Source of the DNA: Octopus bimaculoides
Lineage: Eukaryota
Length of the DNA stretch: 54,038 nt
Direction: 5' to 3'
NCBI RefSeq assembly: GCF_001194135.2
Contig: NC_069002.1
Coordinates: 8,413,059 to 8,467,096, forward strand
Below are positions 23,906 through 37,700 of this stretch, piece after piece. Positions within the stretch are counted from its first letter, which is position 1; each line of letters starts with the position of its first letter. A program made the position numbers and the translations under genes. The notes beneath the pieces are model-generated. The model was not told where the DNA came from and made no database searches. It saw only the letters and a list, made by a program, of their open reading frames with translations.

Positions 23906-24829
23906 GTGAGAGAGAGAGAAAGAGAGATAGATAGATGGATTGATATGGAGGTAGATGTGCATATTGGTATGTATGTATGTATCTATCTATGTAGGCAGGT
24001 AGGTAGGTAGATATGCTGTGGTCTTTTTTCTTACTTTTTGAAATTTTCGTATAAGGAAGGTACTGATTTCTTATAAAGATACGAAGCTCCATCTTTGGAA
24101 TGTAGATAACAAAAACCAACTCACTTTCGTATGCATGTGTGTTGTGTATATAGGAAATGCACACGTATATACAACGTGCATGTAAAATTAGCTGAATATC
24201 AACGGATTGGGAATTTAAAGAGCGATTGTGAGGAAAGAAACCTTTTGTACATACAAAATCTGAATAAAAAGAAGCATAAATGTTAGAAGGTGGTGAGTTT
24301 ATGATTGAATTAAAAAGAACTAATATTAGTATGGTGATATCTAGAGAATTATGAAATATAGGAAATGGAAACGGATATGGCAGCGACGGTTGTAGGGAAA
24401 CACGTAGATATGGTAAGTAATGATTCTGAGTGAAAGACGAAAATTTGGGTAGATATTGAGCTGGGTAATTGAGATAAATATAGCAGGATATTGGCAAATT
24501 TAAAGATTAAACGGCTGTTGTATATGGAAAGAAAATAGCGGTTTTTGGTATGAATATGGAAGGAGAAATACATAGCGAATAAAAAATAGAGAGATACGAA
24601 GATATAGAAAGTGATCGGAGGTGAATAAATGAAGGAGGGAAGAAGACATTTGTATGAATGAAAACGATTTCGAGGAAAACGTTCGGTTCTAATCAGCAAA
24701 TTCCTGGAAGTTCATCTGTCACCACTCTCAGATGCTGCATAGCTCCACGTGTTTGTATCTCAACTTTCGAAAATCATATCAAGGGACTCTCTCTCTATAT
24801 ATATATATAAATAATATATATAAAAATAT

Positions 24830-25051
24830 ATAGTTTTAGGGAAAAGAACCAAGTTTCAAGAACTCATCGATGAAAATCCACTATCACATATAGAAAAATT
24901 AATAATTAAAAGCACAATAAATGAGTATAATATAAAACAAAGTAAATATATGATAAAGATAGTATATATATTATAATCTATAAAGCTCAATTTAATTTTA
25001 ACTTTTTATAAATTGATTATAATTGAGTTTTTACCTGTAATTTTGGATCTT
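24830..25051. repeat. Unclassified interspersed repeat associated with (TA)n; second fragment at about 21320-21360
   Basis: AGTTTTTACCTGTAATTTTGGAT occurs at about 25026 and about 21322, both near (TA)n runs. Confidence 0.55.
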
Positions 25052-25086
25052 NNNNNNNNNNCTATGTACCTACTCTCTATTTCGAG

Positions 25087-25132
<46 letters not shown>

Positions 25133-26279
25133 ATGTGTGTGTGTGTGTGTGTGTGTGTGTTCGGTGTGCATTCAAAGCAATGATTAGTAACATTACGAAA
25201 CCGGTATGCTTTTGAATCTCTTTAACAATTCACAATAATGACTTTTATTCTTACCTCAGTTCATCTAATTGTATATATCTATCGTTACTTTTCATAAAAA
25301 AAGCCTTAAAAAGTAGTTTCGCGAGGATGGAGCAAGTCGATTGCAAGGAGTCCAGTACTTGACTGGTACTTTAATTCATCGACTCTGAATGGATGAAATG
25401 CGAATTCAAACTCTGTGAAATTTTAACTTAGAACGTAAACAGCTGGAAGAAATGCCGCTGACCATATATTCCGTAGCCTGTCTGCTCGACGCCGAAGGAG
25501 CAGTAGTAGTAGTAGTGTGCTGTGTTGGTGAGGGTTTTGGTGGCGATGGTGATTGTAGTAATAATGATATAGCATTTATGATTATTAGCGTTATGTGCTA
25601 TTAAGTCCTGGGAGTTTGATAAAACTTATAAAGACAACAAAAATAACATGAAAAGATGTGAAATATCATTTAATTGTCGTCATTGAAATCTATACAATTA
25701 TCAAAGATGTAAATACTTCCAAATATTATTCAACAAAGCATACGTAAATAAATATGAAAAGAGCATTAAAATTGTAATTAAATTGGTTGGCGTGTAAGAA
25801 TGAAATATCGAAGAGAAATATAATATTGTAATATATGTAAATATAAAATATATGTTTGTTTGAATAAATTGACATAACTCGTACATACACTGACATTTTG
25901 ATATTCAGAAAATAATTCACAATTACTCCATTATTTATTATTATATGAAGCATAACTTTAGATAGATGAAAACTTTGCTTCGTCGACGAGGTAGGCGGTA
26001 TAAATATTGTTTGTTTAATGTTTGTTTAATGTCACGATCAGAGGACAAAGATTAGGGGCCATGTATAGAATATGGAAATTAATGAGAGGAAGTGATGAAA
26101 TAATTTTCAGTGTAAAAATGTGTTTAAATGTCTACAACGTATGATAGTTTGTCTAACGGGGCTATGAGACGTTCTGGCTGAGCCGTTTTGGCACAGCAAT
26201 TTTTGCGCGGCCCATTTGGCCGTGTTAATCCAATGATGATTTATTTGATACCAGATGTTTTAGTGTTTCGTTTTAACAT

Positions 26280-26469
26280 TTCTTTCAATTATTCCTGTCT
26301 TCCAGCTCTCCCTCTCTCTTTCTCTCTCTCTTTCTCTCTCTTTCTCGCTTTCTTTCTCACTTTCTCTCTCTCTCTCCATGTGTTCCTGTCTGCTTGTCTC
26401 TGTCGCTGTCTGTCTGTCTGTCTCTCTCTCTCTCTGGGTTCCTGTCTGCCTGTCTCTGTCTGTCTCTTC

Positions 26470-26513
<44 letters not shown>

Positions 26514-26600
26514 ACCCTGTGTTCTTGTCTTTTTGTCTGTGTCTGTCTGTCTCCCTCTTTCTCTCCCCCTCCCTGTGTTCTTGTTGTTTGTCTCTGTCCC
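26280..26600. repeat. Long polypyrimidine (CT)n/(CTGT)n tract
   Basis: Direct reading. Confidence 0.92.
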
Positions 26601-26726
26601 TGTTTGTCAGAAACAAGTAAAACATGAGATATAAGATACAACATAACTGATCTCTGCTTCTCTTTATCGAGTATTTTCATATTAGGTTGGACCTTTTATC
26701 ATATCAAAAACAAAATCATAATTACA

Positions 26727-26950
26727 CAGTGAAACCTCGGTTTACGAATCTAATTTGTTCCTGAAAGCCGTTTGTCAACGATGTGCTCGTAAACCGAAAC
26801 TATTTTTCTCATAGGTAATTCAAGAAAAAGCACAGTGAATTCGAGCAGGGAGATGCATTGAGCGAAAGCTACACAGCAACTGATGCTCTCCCGCTGATAC
26901 ACCAAGCTTGTCGCGACCAGTGCAGTTTGTTCCATGAGGATCCGCTAGAA
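26727..26950. mobile_element. Probable Tigger/pogo-type non-autonomous DNA transposon remnant
   Basis: Begins CAGTGAAACCTCGGTTTACGAA, a pogo/Tigger-like terminus, with subterminal inverted 11-mer TCGGTTTACGA (26737) / TCGTAAACCGA (26787). Right end degenerate; the left flank is CA rather than TA. Confidence 0.45.
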
Positions 26951-27377
26951 GCGTATAAAGTGGGCGATAGAACTAAATCAATAAGAAAAATCTAAATAGC
27001 TATTTGTGAAATTGGCATGAAGCCCTAGGCAAGAAGAGAATTAAATGTTTTGCTCGGGGACAGATAGATTACAATACACAATGTAGAATATCAATTACCA
27101 TTATATACTGTAGGATATCACTTATCAGGCTATCATTCTAAACGATGAAAAAAGATATTTTCATGGGAATATAATGGTTTGGCTATATTTTTAGATATGT
27201 GTTTGTTATGGAATATGTATTTAAGTCTGTATGCATGTGGGCAAGACTATATGAGGTGAGTGCGTATGTTTATATACTTGTGACTGCACCTGTGCGTGTG
27301 TGTGATTATGTATGCATGTGTAGGCCAAATGTGTGAGTTTAAAATCTATTGTGTAAGTACACAGATCAAAGCTCTGT

Positions 27378-27428
<51 letters not shown>

Positions 27429-27511
27429 TCAAAAACCTGTGTGTGCTGTCTATTTGTGTGCCGATTAGATATGTACATATATGTATTTATATACGCACAC
27501 ATACACATGAA

Positions 27512-27935
27512 GGCGCAAGGATCAATGGTTAGAGCGTCGGGCTCACAATCATGCGGTAGTGAGTTCGATTTCCGGACCGAGCTGTGTATTGTGTTCTAGA
27601 GCAAGACACTTTATTTCACATTGCTCCAGTTATAGCATCATGCGGTAGTGAGTTCGATTTCTGGACCGGGCTGCGTTGTGTTCTTGAGCAAGACACTTTA
27701 TTTCGCGTTCTCCCTGTTCGTTCAGCTGTAGAAATTTGTTGAGACGTCTCTGTTGCCTCAGCTGTATCAACCTTTGTCTTTCCCTTGGATAACATCAGTG
27801 GCACGGAGAGAGGAGACTGGTATGCATGGGAGACTGCTGGCCTTCCACAAACAACTTTGTCCGGACTTGTGCCTTGGAGGGTCATTTCTAGGTGCAATCC
27901 CATGGTAATTCATGACCGAAGGGGGTTTTGATCCT
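27512..27935 (+). mobile_element. SINE family C, tail type 2, with internal ~89-bp tandem duplication
   Basis: tRNA head GGCGC..AATGGTTAGAGCG..GAGTTCGATTTCC; block ATCATGCGGTAGTGAGTTCG..GAGCAAGACACTTTATTTC at 27548 and 27637. Confidence 0.9.
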
Positions 27936-28004
27936 TTTACCTTTCATATATATATACATATGTAAGTGGTGCATTTATATGTAGCAACGTGTGTGCGCAT
28001 ACTT

Positions 28005-28390
28005 TTCTAGGCGTGGTTATATCGTAAAAGGTGTACATTGTAGCGGGTTCAGTCTCACTGCGTGGCAACTTGAGACAGTGTCTTTTACTATAACCTTGAT
28101 GTGACTAAACCCTTGTGAGTGGATTTAGTAGACGGAAACTAAGAAGCCCGTCGCATATATATATTTGGCAGTGCTTCACCATGGCCTCAAAATTTGGGCT
28201 GAAGCATATAAGATATTAAAACAATGTGCATGTTTATGCGTTTGTGTTTATATCTGTTTGTAATCCACCCCACCACCACTGCTTGGCAGCCGGTGATGAT
28301 GGTGTGTAAATACCAGCGCAACTTAGCGGTTCGGTAAAAAAAAGCGATAAGAAAACTACCAGGAATAAAAAAAGAATACGTTCTGGGATC
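28005..28390 (+). mobile_element. SINE family B, interrupted
   Basis: GGGTTCAGTCTCACTGCGTGGCA..GTGAGTGGATTTAGTAGACGGAAACT..AACTTAGCGGTTCGG. Confidence 0.8.
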
Positions 28391-29659
28391 ATACTCACAC
28401 AGACACATACAGATACACACACACATACATATATATATAGATAGATACACACGAATATATGTATGTAGGCATTTATGTATGTATGTATGTATGTATGAGC
28501 ATCTAAATACACCAACAATAAACCAGTCTATCATACAACCACTTCTTTATCTTTCTGCTCTAATTCTTTCCTCCTTCCGACACGTCTCTCTAAATGTATA
28601 TTAACTAAATTAGATATTTATATCTTGGATCTTATGTTCGGCTTCTAAGATCAATATTCGTTAGTTCAATCAAAGAAACTACCTACTTACTTCATTATTA
28701 CCTAAGAAACTGAGTTTTTCTCGTCGACACATGTGCGTTTAACGTAATTCTAAAGTCAAATCGATGTGATAAGACGTGTGGATAAAATTGGACCTTTTTA
28801 AAATGCAGAAACAATTTGTCCGACGCGCAGCACTTTGCCGTCTGTAGCGTCTTAGTCATATGTTTTAGGACCTCCTGGGCTTAGACTAAAATACAGATAC
28901 ATATTGTTATATTTCGGGATAGAATTTTTTTCTTTTTTTTTTGTAGCCAAACAAACACGCGCTATATAGTCGTTCTCACAGGGTGAAATGATCTGGTCGT
29001 AGCTATTTCAAGAGTTAATTGTCCAAGGTACCGCGCAATGGGACTGAACTGGAATCCTCATGGTTGCAAGTTGAGCTTCTTAAACACGCAGCCTAATCTG
29101 TTTGTATCTATGCATATATGTGCACGTGTCTGTGTGTGTATATTTAAACATCCCTCTGTGTGTGTGTGTATGTGCTTAAGAGGGTTCGTTTATATGTTTC
29201 TTATTGCTGTATAGTTTTTCTCTCGAAGATAACACGTGACTGATTTATTTGATTTGAATAATGAATATTCATTAATTTTCCCTTGGGTCGTTGGTTTATT
29301 TCAATCACTTCGATTACACAGGGGAACAATTTTGAGCATTGTTTCTTCTGATTTTCGTTTTTTTCTTGATTTAGTCTAAAATTGGCATCCTGATTTCAAA
29401 ACTAGTCAGTTGTCTTCCATCACGTTTATTTATTTTTTCCCTTCAGCTTATTCCCTGAATAAGCACAGTTGTATTGTTTGTCCGTAAGTATGAGGGCTGA
29501 TCAGTTGCGTTTGTTATTTTATTGATTACATTGGGGACCAGTTTCGAAAACGATTTTAGTTGTCTTGGTTTTTTCAATTAGTCTTACTAAACTTGATGGT
29601 GCTGTGTTCAGAATTTTCTATCACATCAAGTTGTTTCTTAACCTGGAATTCATTTTTAG

Positions 29660-29945
29660 GAAACAAGAAAGTACCAGTTACACACTGGGGTCGATGTAAT
29701 CGACTTAATCCCTTTGTCCCCACTATGTTTAGCCCCTTATGGGCAATAAATAAATAAATAAGAAACGTTAGCACATCGGGCAAAATGCTTAACGAATTGC
29801 GCCGAGGTCGACTTTGACTTTCATCCTTTCGGAGTCGATTAAACAAGTACCAGTTACGTACTGCGGTCGATATAATCGACTTATTCCCCTGTCTGTCCTT
29901 GTTTGTCCCCTGTATGTTTAGCCCCCTCTGGGCAATAAACATATA
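29660..29945 (+). mobile_element. SINE family A head-to-tail dimer, both units with tail type 2
   Basis: Tail ..GGGCAATAAATAAATAAATAA fused directly to GAAACGTTAGCAC of a second, 5'-clipped monomer. Confidence 0.88.
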
Positions 29946-31940
29946 AAGATATTGGTTGGTCTATTGATATACCAGCGGACACTTGCCTGAGTTACCGTGC
30001 ACCGGGACTGAAGTAGAGACCCCACGGTTGTAAAACATTTTTTTTTATTAACTACAGACAGAGATATGCCGTATGTTTGTCCAAATATATATTTACAAAA
30101 ACATCCCTGAGGATTTACACTCACCAACATCGTTGCCACCATTGTAATCGTCAGACACCATACTGTTTCCACTTTACGTCTTTCACTACCAAACATCTCT
30201 CCAATAACAATTAACATCAAAACTACAAGAGCCTCAAGCAACATCATGTCTACCACCGCCACCACTACCATCACCACCACTATCATCATCATTAGCATGA
30301 TTCTCACCGTCTGCATCGTGGTCGTCGTCATCTTTTACTTTTGCTATCTTAACGTGAAGATTTTCGCGAATGAGCTTCTAAAGTTTTAAGTCTTCTAATA
30401 TCATGAAGAAACATGATAAATGTATTCAACTACCACCGCTACTTTCATCACCACCGCCACCACCATCATCATCACTAGTCTCATAATCACCAACACCATT
30501 ATCATCTCAGCCATCACTACCATCGACACCACCACCATCACATCCACGATATTAGAAATATCAATATGAACAGCATGCTCTTTAAGAATATTTCATTATA
30601 CCAGACAGTAGGCATTATTCGTTCCAATATTTCGCCCAAAAATCTACAAACATAAGTGAGAAAGCTGCTCTTCTGATTTTGCAATACGAGATATTTTCAT
30701 TTTTATCTTAATCTTCAACTAGCCTCAAAACACGAACAAGACAGTAAGTTTTATACCAAGATGTAGTTGCAACAATTTTTCGTAAGTCTGGCGAATTTTT
30801 AAATGCTGAATTGAATTGATTTCTCCTCCAGGAAATTGAATAATGTTGGAGAAAAGTAAGTTGTTGTCAGTCTTGTTGTAGTTGCTGCTGTTGTTGTTGT
30901 TGTCTGTTGTTGTGGCTCTTATTATTTATTGTTGTTTCTGTTGTTGACGTTATTAACTGAAAGGAAATTGAACGACGAAAGACAGTTTTACTTCAATCTT
31001 TTAATATTTTATCTATGAAATCATAATTATCAATCTTATATAACAGCCGGTTTTATACACCATTGTTTTTCTGATTAAGAGATAAAATCTCAGAAGTCTT
31101 GAACTGTTCAAAATGGACAAGCCATTAAGGAAAAAAGAAATCCTTTTGACTTGATACAATTTACCACCTACCTGTCTCTAGAGGCCGAGAAAATTTCAAT
31201 GAAACAAAAATTTATTTTGTATGCTATTAAATATGCTCCTCATCGATTTTGTTGTTCAAATATATAGCAGCGGTCATGGGGAAAATTAACAAGACCGTAA
31301 TTGCGTTCTATTCTTTTTTTGTGTATTGCTATAAAATAGATAAATGGTTGTACTGATGATACAAATTTAGGTAGAAACACGAGCCTACAAATGTCCCATC
31401 TTCAGGAATGACATATATGAATTCTAGAAAACTCTTGATTACTTAAATTATCTGCCCTTCTAATTTAAACTCGATATCGGTATCCAATAAATATATATAT
31501 ATATTTTATATATAGTTTATCATTTCAGTATATATGAGCATCCCCAGACGTGCAACTATATGGATGAGAATATGTACCTGAAGCAAAACATACAAATCTG
31601 CACATATAACCCCCCCCACACACACACACACACACGGTATAGATTTAGATTCAAGATTGAATATGGTATTATACAAAAAAACATTCCAAAAGGATATATA
31701 TAGAATACATGAATCCATTCCTCCCACTTGGATTTTTATGTATTCTTTCTCCCACTTGGATTTGAAATGTTGCCATAATTATAATATGTCTATTCTACTG
31801 TTATTTTCTGCATTTTCGTGCAGCTGAAGATTGCTCTTCATATTGCATTTAATGCAATGCTCGCATTACTTAAATAAATGGAGTAGCATGAAACGTGCGT
31901 ACTGCAATCATCTTTGGAATCCGTGTTGCTTATTTTGAAA

Positions 31941-32088
31941 NNNNNNNNNNNNNNNNNNNNNNNNNNNNNNNNNNNNNNNNNNNNNNNNNNNNNNNNNNNN
32001 NNNNNNNNNNNNNNNNNNNNNNNNNNNNNNNNNNNNNNNNNNNNNNNNNNNNNNNNNNNNNNNNNNNNNNNNNNNNNNNNNNNNNNNN
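31941..32088. other. Assembly gap. Other N-runs: 5113-5122, 11582-11800, 21149-21158, 23792-23801, 25052-25061, 33737-33746, 37701-37710, 38942-39044
   Basis: Runs of N, most abutting microsatellites. Confidence 0.98.
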
Positions 32089-32987
32089 ATATATATATAT
32101 ATATATACACACACACATACAAACATACTCTCTGGTTAATGTTGAAATTTCAATGAAGGAGCCTTAGATCTTTCTCTATTGGCAAGAAATCTTGAAATAA
32201 AACTGAATGAGAACATACATACATACGTACGTACGTGTGTTCGTACATACATACATGTATGCATCTATTTATGTGTACAGACATAAATACAAGCAGGTAT
32301 ATCATATCTGGTCTGAACCTAATTTATTGAACCTCATCTGATATAGGTCTCTTAAAGAATGGCTAAAAATATTCGTATCACACGCTCCGGATGCAGCTAT
32401 AACAGCGCTTATTGATATACATATATTTGATGCACTTCGCAGTGGCAGATTTCATACAGAAGTAATAGATTAGAATTATTTTGAAGTTTCACCGAATTCC
32501 AATAACTTATCGCTTTTGTATGGTGAAGGTATACAATAATTTGAATCTATTCAAATCACTCTTTTTATAAATCAGTTGTCATAACCACTGATTACTTCTA
32601 ATGCGTCAGTCAATTCGCAGAGACGTGACGTTTCCTAGTAGCAGAAATGTATTTTATTTTTAATTCTTGTATTTTAGAATTAATGTGCTAATCATTTGCC
32701 TAAATATAGGTGCAGACTTAACTGTTTGGTAAGAAGTTAGATCGCTAAACGACAAAGTAGCATCTTCGGCTCTTATCTACTGCTACAGTGCCGGGCCAGG
32801 TAAAGCATTTTGAGTGGATCTGGTGGACGGAAACTGAAAGAAGTCTGTCGTATTTTCAGCGTGGTGGTGCCTCTTAGATACCCTAAATTATGATTTTAAA
32901 TAATTATTACCTTTGATGGTTTTTATTCCCATGCTGGCCACTTGATAAAATCGATATTTTAAAATACTGATCTTATCCGCATTTATA

Positions 32988-33024
<37 letters not shown>

Positions 33025-33199
33025 ACAAACATACACACACACATACATATATACAAGAGAATGCCGAAATTAATATCAGGTTTTTAAAAGAAGCTTGGAG
33101 TAGATTTGTTTGACTAAAATCCTTGCAGACGGTGCGCTGGCATAATTGCAGTCTGATACCTGAAACAAGTAAAAATTAAAAGATATGTTATTAACCACA

Positions 33200-33475
33200 C
33201 TGCACTGGGGTCGATGTAATCGACTCAATCTCTTTTTCTGTCCTTGTTTGTCCCCTCTATGTTTAGCCCCTTGTGGGCAATAAAGAAATAAGAAACGTTA
33301 GCCTGCCGTGCGAAATGCTTAACGGTATTTCGTCTGTCTTTAAGTTCTGCGTTCAAATTCCGCCGAGGTCAATTTTGTTTTTCATCCTTTCAGGATCGAT
33401 AAATTAAGTACTAGTTCTGTCCTGGGGTCGATCTCATCTCCCAAAATTTCGGGCCTTGAGCCTAGAAAAGAAAAG
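33200..33475 (+). mobile_element. SINE family A head-to-tail dimer (tail 2 then tail 1)
   Basis: GGGCAATAAAGAAATAA-GAAACGTTAGC junction at about 33275-33301. Confidence 0.9.
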
Positions 33476-35554
33476 AAAAGAATGTAAACCCTTTGAGGTC
33501 AATAACGAAGACATTATTATCAAAGTGGAATAAAATGTTTTATTCAAGAATCGAAAACAGTGCCCGTTCCACGAATTGCAACCGCAACCTTACGATCATG
33601 AGTTTAACACCCCAACCACTAAGCGTTGCACCGCCACGAATCCTCTCATATACAATACTTAATATCAACGCTACATTTAAGATAGTGTTCCCTCTTGAGT
33701 GCGTGTGCATCACAAATTACACACACACACACACANNNNNNNNNNTGTGTGTGTGTATTTATGTATATATGAGAGGGAATTTGTAATTATTCATCGTTTA
33801 AGATAGAAGCCATAAGAACTTTCTTCAATTGCCTCAATTTACATTTTCAAGTTCTTTTTATGTTTCTTCATCCCATTTTGATGAGAATATTCAAATAAAT
33901 ACTTTAGTTTCACGATTTAGAAGTAGCTCTTTTATTTTAAATACATTCCCTAGTTTTACTATTTGACCTATTTTTCCCGATTTTCTAAGTAGAATTTCCA
34001 ATATATAGGATAAAATAAACTATCACTAATGATTTAGCGACTTTTAAAGTAGTTACTTTCAGTTTTGAATTGATTTGTAGAAGCTACTTGTCTTGTTCAA
34101 GTATGTTTGTGAAAAAGTAAAAGGGCTCTGAATGTTTTTAAGCAATGTGCCTGTATAAACCACTGGAGAACTTCAGTATGAACCTCGTGTTCTGTTTTTA
34201 ATGACGATCAAGAATGCTGAAATCGCCATAATAAGCGATTGAGTTGTGTGGGTTGATTTTTAATCGTAGTGTTTTTGTTATTGATGTTATTTCATTTTTT
34301 TTTAAGGTGTTAGTATTGTTACCATTGGTTGTGACGATATTAACCCATTATCTCCCATAATTCTATTGACTGGAATTTTTTTTATAAAACTTTGATTTCT
34401 AGCATAAAACAACCTTAGAAATACGCTGGAATGATGAAATAACATTTAAAAATAACATTTTAAATAGAAATAAGCGATATATTGGGTGAAAATTAGCAAA
34501 CCTCATTTGAATATCAGAGAAATATACCTAGTAGATATAGCAAAAAGGTTAGATATGTGTAAATATTGACAGATAATTATGAAGTTTGTAATTTTTAAGT
34601 GATCTCATATGAGATCACTGGTAGGTAATAGGTTAATGTTGGTAATGATGGTGTTCGGGAGGGGGAGATTTAGAAAATATCATCTCAAAATAGTTATGTA
34701 GCAATTTTCGACACAATAACTATTTCCTGCTTCCAACAATGGAGTGCTAAAGGACGAACAGAACTAATTTATTTTACACTAAGATACACCACGATGCGAT
34801 TAAAGACGAAAATCGCTGCAAAGATTCCTAGACACAGTAACAGAGAGGAGAATTTGTCAAAATCGTGAAATGAAAAACGTAACCTATATAAATGTGCACG
34901 TGAAAGACACGAGAAAAATAAGAAAAAATGCCAATAGATCAACTGTATTGGATGAATCCAATCAGAAAACTCTACAGGAAGTATTGACTAGTTTCTAGTA
35001 AAAGAAATATGATCTCCTCCTCGAGAAATATCTTAAGCGCACCACTCGTCTTACCATCAGACTCGAGTTGCACATTTCGTTACCATGACAAACCCTTTAT
35101 TAGAGGATCAGTTTGGTGAGGACTTCGACATAGCTATGGAGAACTTCACGCTGATGCTTGGTGGTCTCATTTGACCAGTCTTCTACGACCCTTGCCACCA
35201 CAGACATAAAAAAAAGGGGCAGAGTGATAGAAAAACTTACAAAATAACACTAAACAGCTACGAAGAATTTTTTTAAGAGTAACAAATTTCGCAAACTAAA
35301 ACCAATTTATGTAAATTACATAAATTTTTAAAATATTATAAAGCATTTTGTTCCATTGATATTCAAATTCAAATATGATTTTTAATCATTTCCATACAAA
35401 TAAGAAATGTCTTCAAATAATAAATTTGGCAATGATAAATTTTTAATACCTAATTCGATAAATCTATAAAATTTTAATGTATTTTTATATCCTTTTGAAT
35501 AATTAATTAATTCAAAATAAATGTTATAGTTTATCTTTCACATATTTCAGTCAT

Positions 35555-35735
35555 TAAACTGTGACCATGCTGGAGCTCTGGCTTCAAGGATTTAGTCGAG
35601 TAGATCGACACCAGTGTGGTACATATTCCATCGGTCGCCTTTGCCGAAGTGTTTCCTTACAGGAATGTAAACAAACCAACACTGGTCGTGTATCGCTGTG
35701 GTGGTGGTGAACAAAAAGGAAACGTGCACGCACAC
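35555..35735 (-). mobile_element. SINE family B tail fragment
   Basis: CCATGCTGGAGC..TTTAGTCGAGTAGATCGAC..TTGCCGAA..GTAAACAAACCAACAC. Confidence 0.8.
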
Positions 35736-35790
35736 GCACGCACACGCACACACACACAGACACACACACACATACACACACACACACACA

Positions 35791-35823
<33 letters not shown>

Positions 35824-36515
35824 GCGAGACAAAATTATTTAAATCGTGTTAGAGTATGGTGCAGCTAATTTAATTCGACCACCACCTGTTATTCAGGCAT
35901 CGTTCAACCGTTGTTGCATTATAGAATACGCAAAGTTCTGTGCAACGATAACCATACCTAGGCTTCAAACGGTGATCTATTTCACACTCATGGTTGAACT
36001 TGGCCCTGCAACCTGTCACCGAGTCATTCGTCAAATTGTCGCAATTACCGTTTCTTCATGAAACGAGATAGAAACTTTCATCTCTTCCTACATTAAACAA
36101 TGAGAAGTGTGATATCAGAGGTATTTCGTTACTGTAACTAGCAAAGAGGGTGTCCAATAACAGTTCTCGTTAGTTTCATGGATATAAGACACACACAGGC
36201 ATGACGCAGGGTGAAATACGTTTTGTAAAACTACACACGGCGTCTCAATACACGTAACAAACTCAGTAAAGTTATATATCGTAACATTTGTCATTTTAGT
36301 TCATAATTAAATATTAATGCTTAATTCAAACATAGAGAATAATGTCAGATGTGTTATGAGAAAAATATAAAGTTGGAGACATCTTTTTCTTTAATTTACA
36401 AATCGTTTGGTACACTTCTTCAATCTCACTGTTTCTCACCCACATTACTGTGTGTCTCTCTTACTCGGCCTCACTAAGAATCACAGACATGCATCTGTAA
36501 GTAAGAACGTTTACG

Positions 36516-36554
<39 letters not shown>

Positions 36555-37286
36555 CATATACAAACACATATATATATACACAAATATATTAAATATACAT
36601 GTACATATATACACATATACATTTATGTGTGTGTGTGTGTGTATAAATAATTAAATGTGATGGAGATGTTTCAGACATCAATTTCCTAAAGTATATTACT
36701 TATTTCACTGGAGTGAGTCTTGTTCTCGACACGCCGCGTGATCATCTTTCTTGTCAACAGGTATAACAAAGCGTATAGACGCGAGTACATATGACTATAT
36801 ATCAATTATAAACACTCACACACACATACACATCCATATATACCTCCATATGTTTATATATAGACAAACATAGGTATATCAATATATATATATATTCATT
36901 TTTATATTTGTATATTTGCGTACAAAAAATTGTATGTATGTTTGTGTGTGTATAGATGTACCCGTGTGCTTGTGTATGTATGCGTTTGTGTATGAGTGTA
37001 CGTATGTTTATATATATATCTATCTGACTGTTGCTTGCTTTATTCTTCATTTATATTGTCTTCATAATTTCGACATAATTACTTGATTTCCGCAGCCAGG
37101 AAATCTTCATATTTCCTGAGGAAGAGAAATCTTTGTGTGTATGTGTGAAAGAGAGGGAGAGACAAAAAGAAAGAGAAAGTAATTGGATGAATAAGAGAGG
37201 CTTGAAGATAATGTTTAAGAATATAAGAGAGTGAGAGAGATTGAAAAGTGTCAGGCAAAATATAGAAACGTATATGTACTTTTGGA

Positions 37287-37329
<43 letters not shown>

Positions 37330-37619
37330 GTGCGGACCAACGACTTGAAAGAGAATAGAAAGCGAGTAAAACTCAGAGAAAAAGTGGTGACTGTCCCATA
37401 AAAAAGGGAGGACCTTATACTAAGGCAGCAATGAAAGATAAAGAAAAAGGGGAATGAGGCAATGTGAATATGTGTTAAAGGTAAGGAAACAATGAGACAT
37501 TCAAAGGAGTTAGGAGAAAGATATTCAGATATATTATAACGCACGCACACAGCTATTTGAACAGAATGAAACGTCCAGACACAGGTAGACATTTATTCAT
37601 GTACCCATGTAAGTGTGCG

Positions 37620-37666
37620 CATATGTGTTAGCTTTACACTTATATACATATATGTACACACACACA

Positions 37667-37700
<34 letters not shown>

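Noticed and set aside
26175-26230. Repeated TTT(T)GGC/GCGCGGCC words resembling MITE subterminal repeats
   Set aside because: Too degenerate; no TIR pair or TSD identified.
29487-29510. TATGAGGGCTGATCA mariner-TIR-like start
   Set aside because: No matching opposite end or transposase sequence nearby.
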